Assembly (NCBI GenBank): GCA_042217695.1
Contig: JBDGSE010000040.1
Location: 1 to 15,708 of the forward strand
Length of the DNA: 15,708 nucleotides
Direction: 5' to 3'
Source of the DNA: Candidatus Nanohaloarchaea archaeon
Lineage (GTDB): Archaea; Nanohalarchaeota; Nanosalinia; Nanosalinales; Nanosalinaceae
Positions 15,658 through 15,708 of this stretch are shown piece after piece (position 1 is the stretch's first letter; each line of letters begins with the position of its first letter). The position numbers were made by a program, and so were the translations under genes. The notes beneath the pieces were generated by a model, which saw nothing but the letters and a program-made list of their open reading frames with translations, searched no databases and was not told the DNA's origin.

Positions 15658-15708
15658 GACTCGCTGTGGTTTTTGGTGTTTGGGAGATCTGAGCGAATGG
15701 ATCGATTG

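Noticed and set aside
15660..15708. Possible 3' end of a structural RNA on the minus strand, or start of a plus-strand gene (ATG 15697)
   Set aside because: Too little sequence at the window edge; no tRNA T-arm or diagnostic rRNA motif.
1..15708. CRISPR array, IS element, integrase, tRNA
   Set aside because: No spaced repeats, transposase or integrase motifs, or cloverleaf; all intergenic gaps are under about 100 nt.

Overview
Gene-dense archaeal chromosomal window, GC-rich with a strongly acidic proteome, very short intergenic spacers and TATA boxes ~25-30 nt before ATGs. This fits a salt-in halophilic DPANN archaeon, probably Nanohaloarchaeota (inference). It holds the 5' part of sufB, ribL, an Fe-S XPD/Rad3 helicase, nreA, infB (aIF5B), a GH1 glycosidase, rpl24e-rps28e-rpl7ae, dinB, an FMN reductase, rps2, an RHH regulator and several hypothetical or membrane proteins. 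sufB, the RHH gene, rpl24e and rps28e are absent from the ORF track and were translated by hand. No mobile element, CRISPR or tRNA was seen, and I cannot support a wholly new multi-gene system. The best signals are: (1) an L7Ae-type K-loop hairpin that sequesters the rpl7ae Shine-Dalgarno; (2) a divergent GH1 sitting where ndk usually lies between rpl24e and infB; (3) a DtxR/Idr-like operator between the sufB TATA box and ATG; (4) a solo CdrS-like RHH gene with three GTATTAC boxes upstream and a perfect 12-bp hairpin over its stop codon; (5) a candidate 24-aa acidic microprotein between rps28e and rpl24e, both of which are C-terminally shortened.
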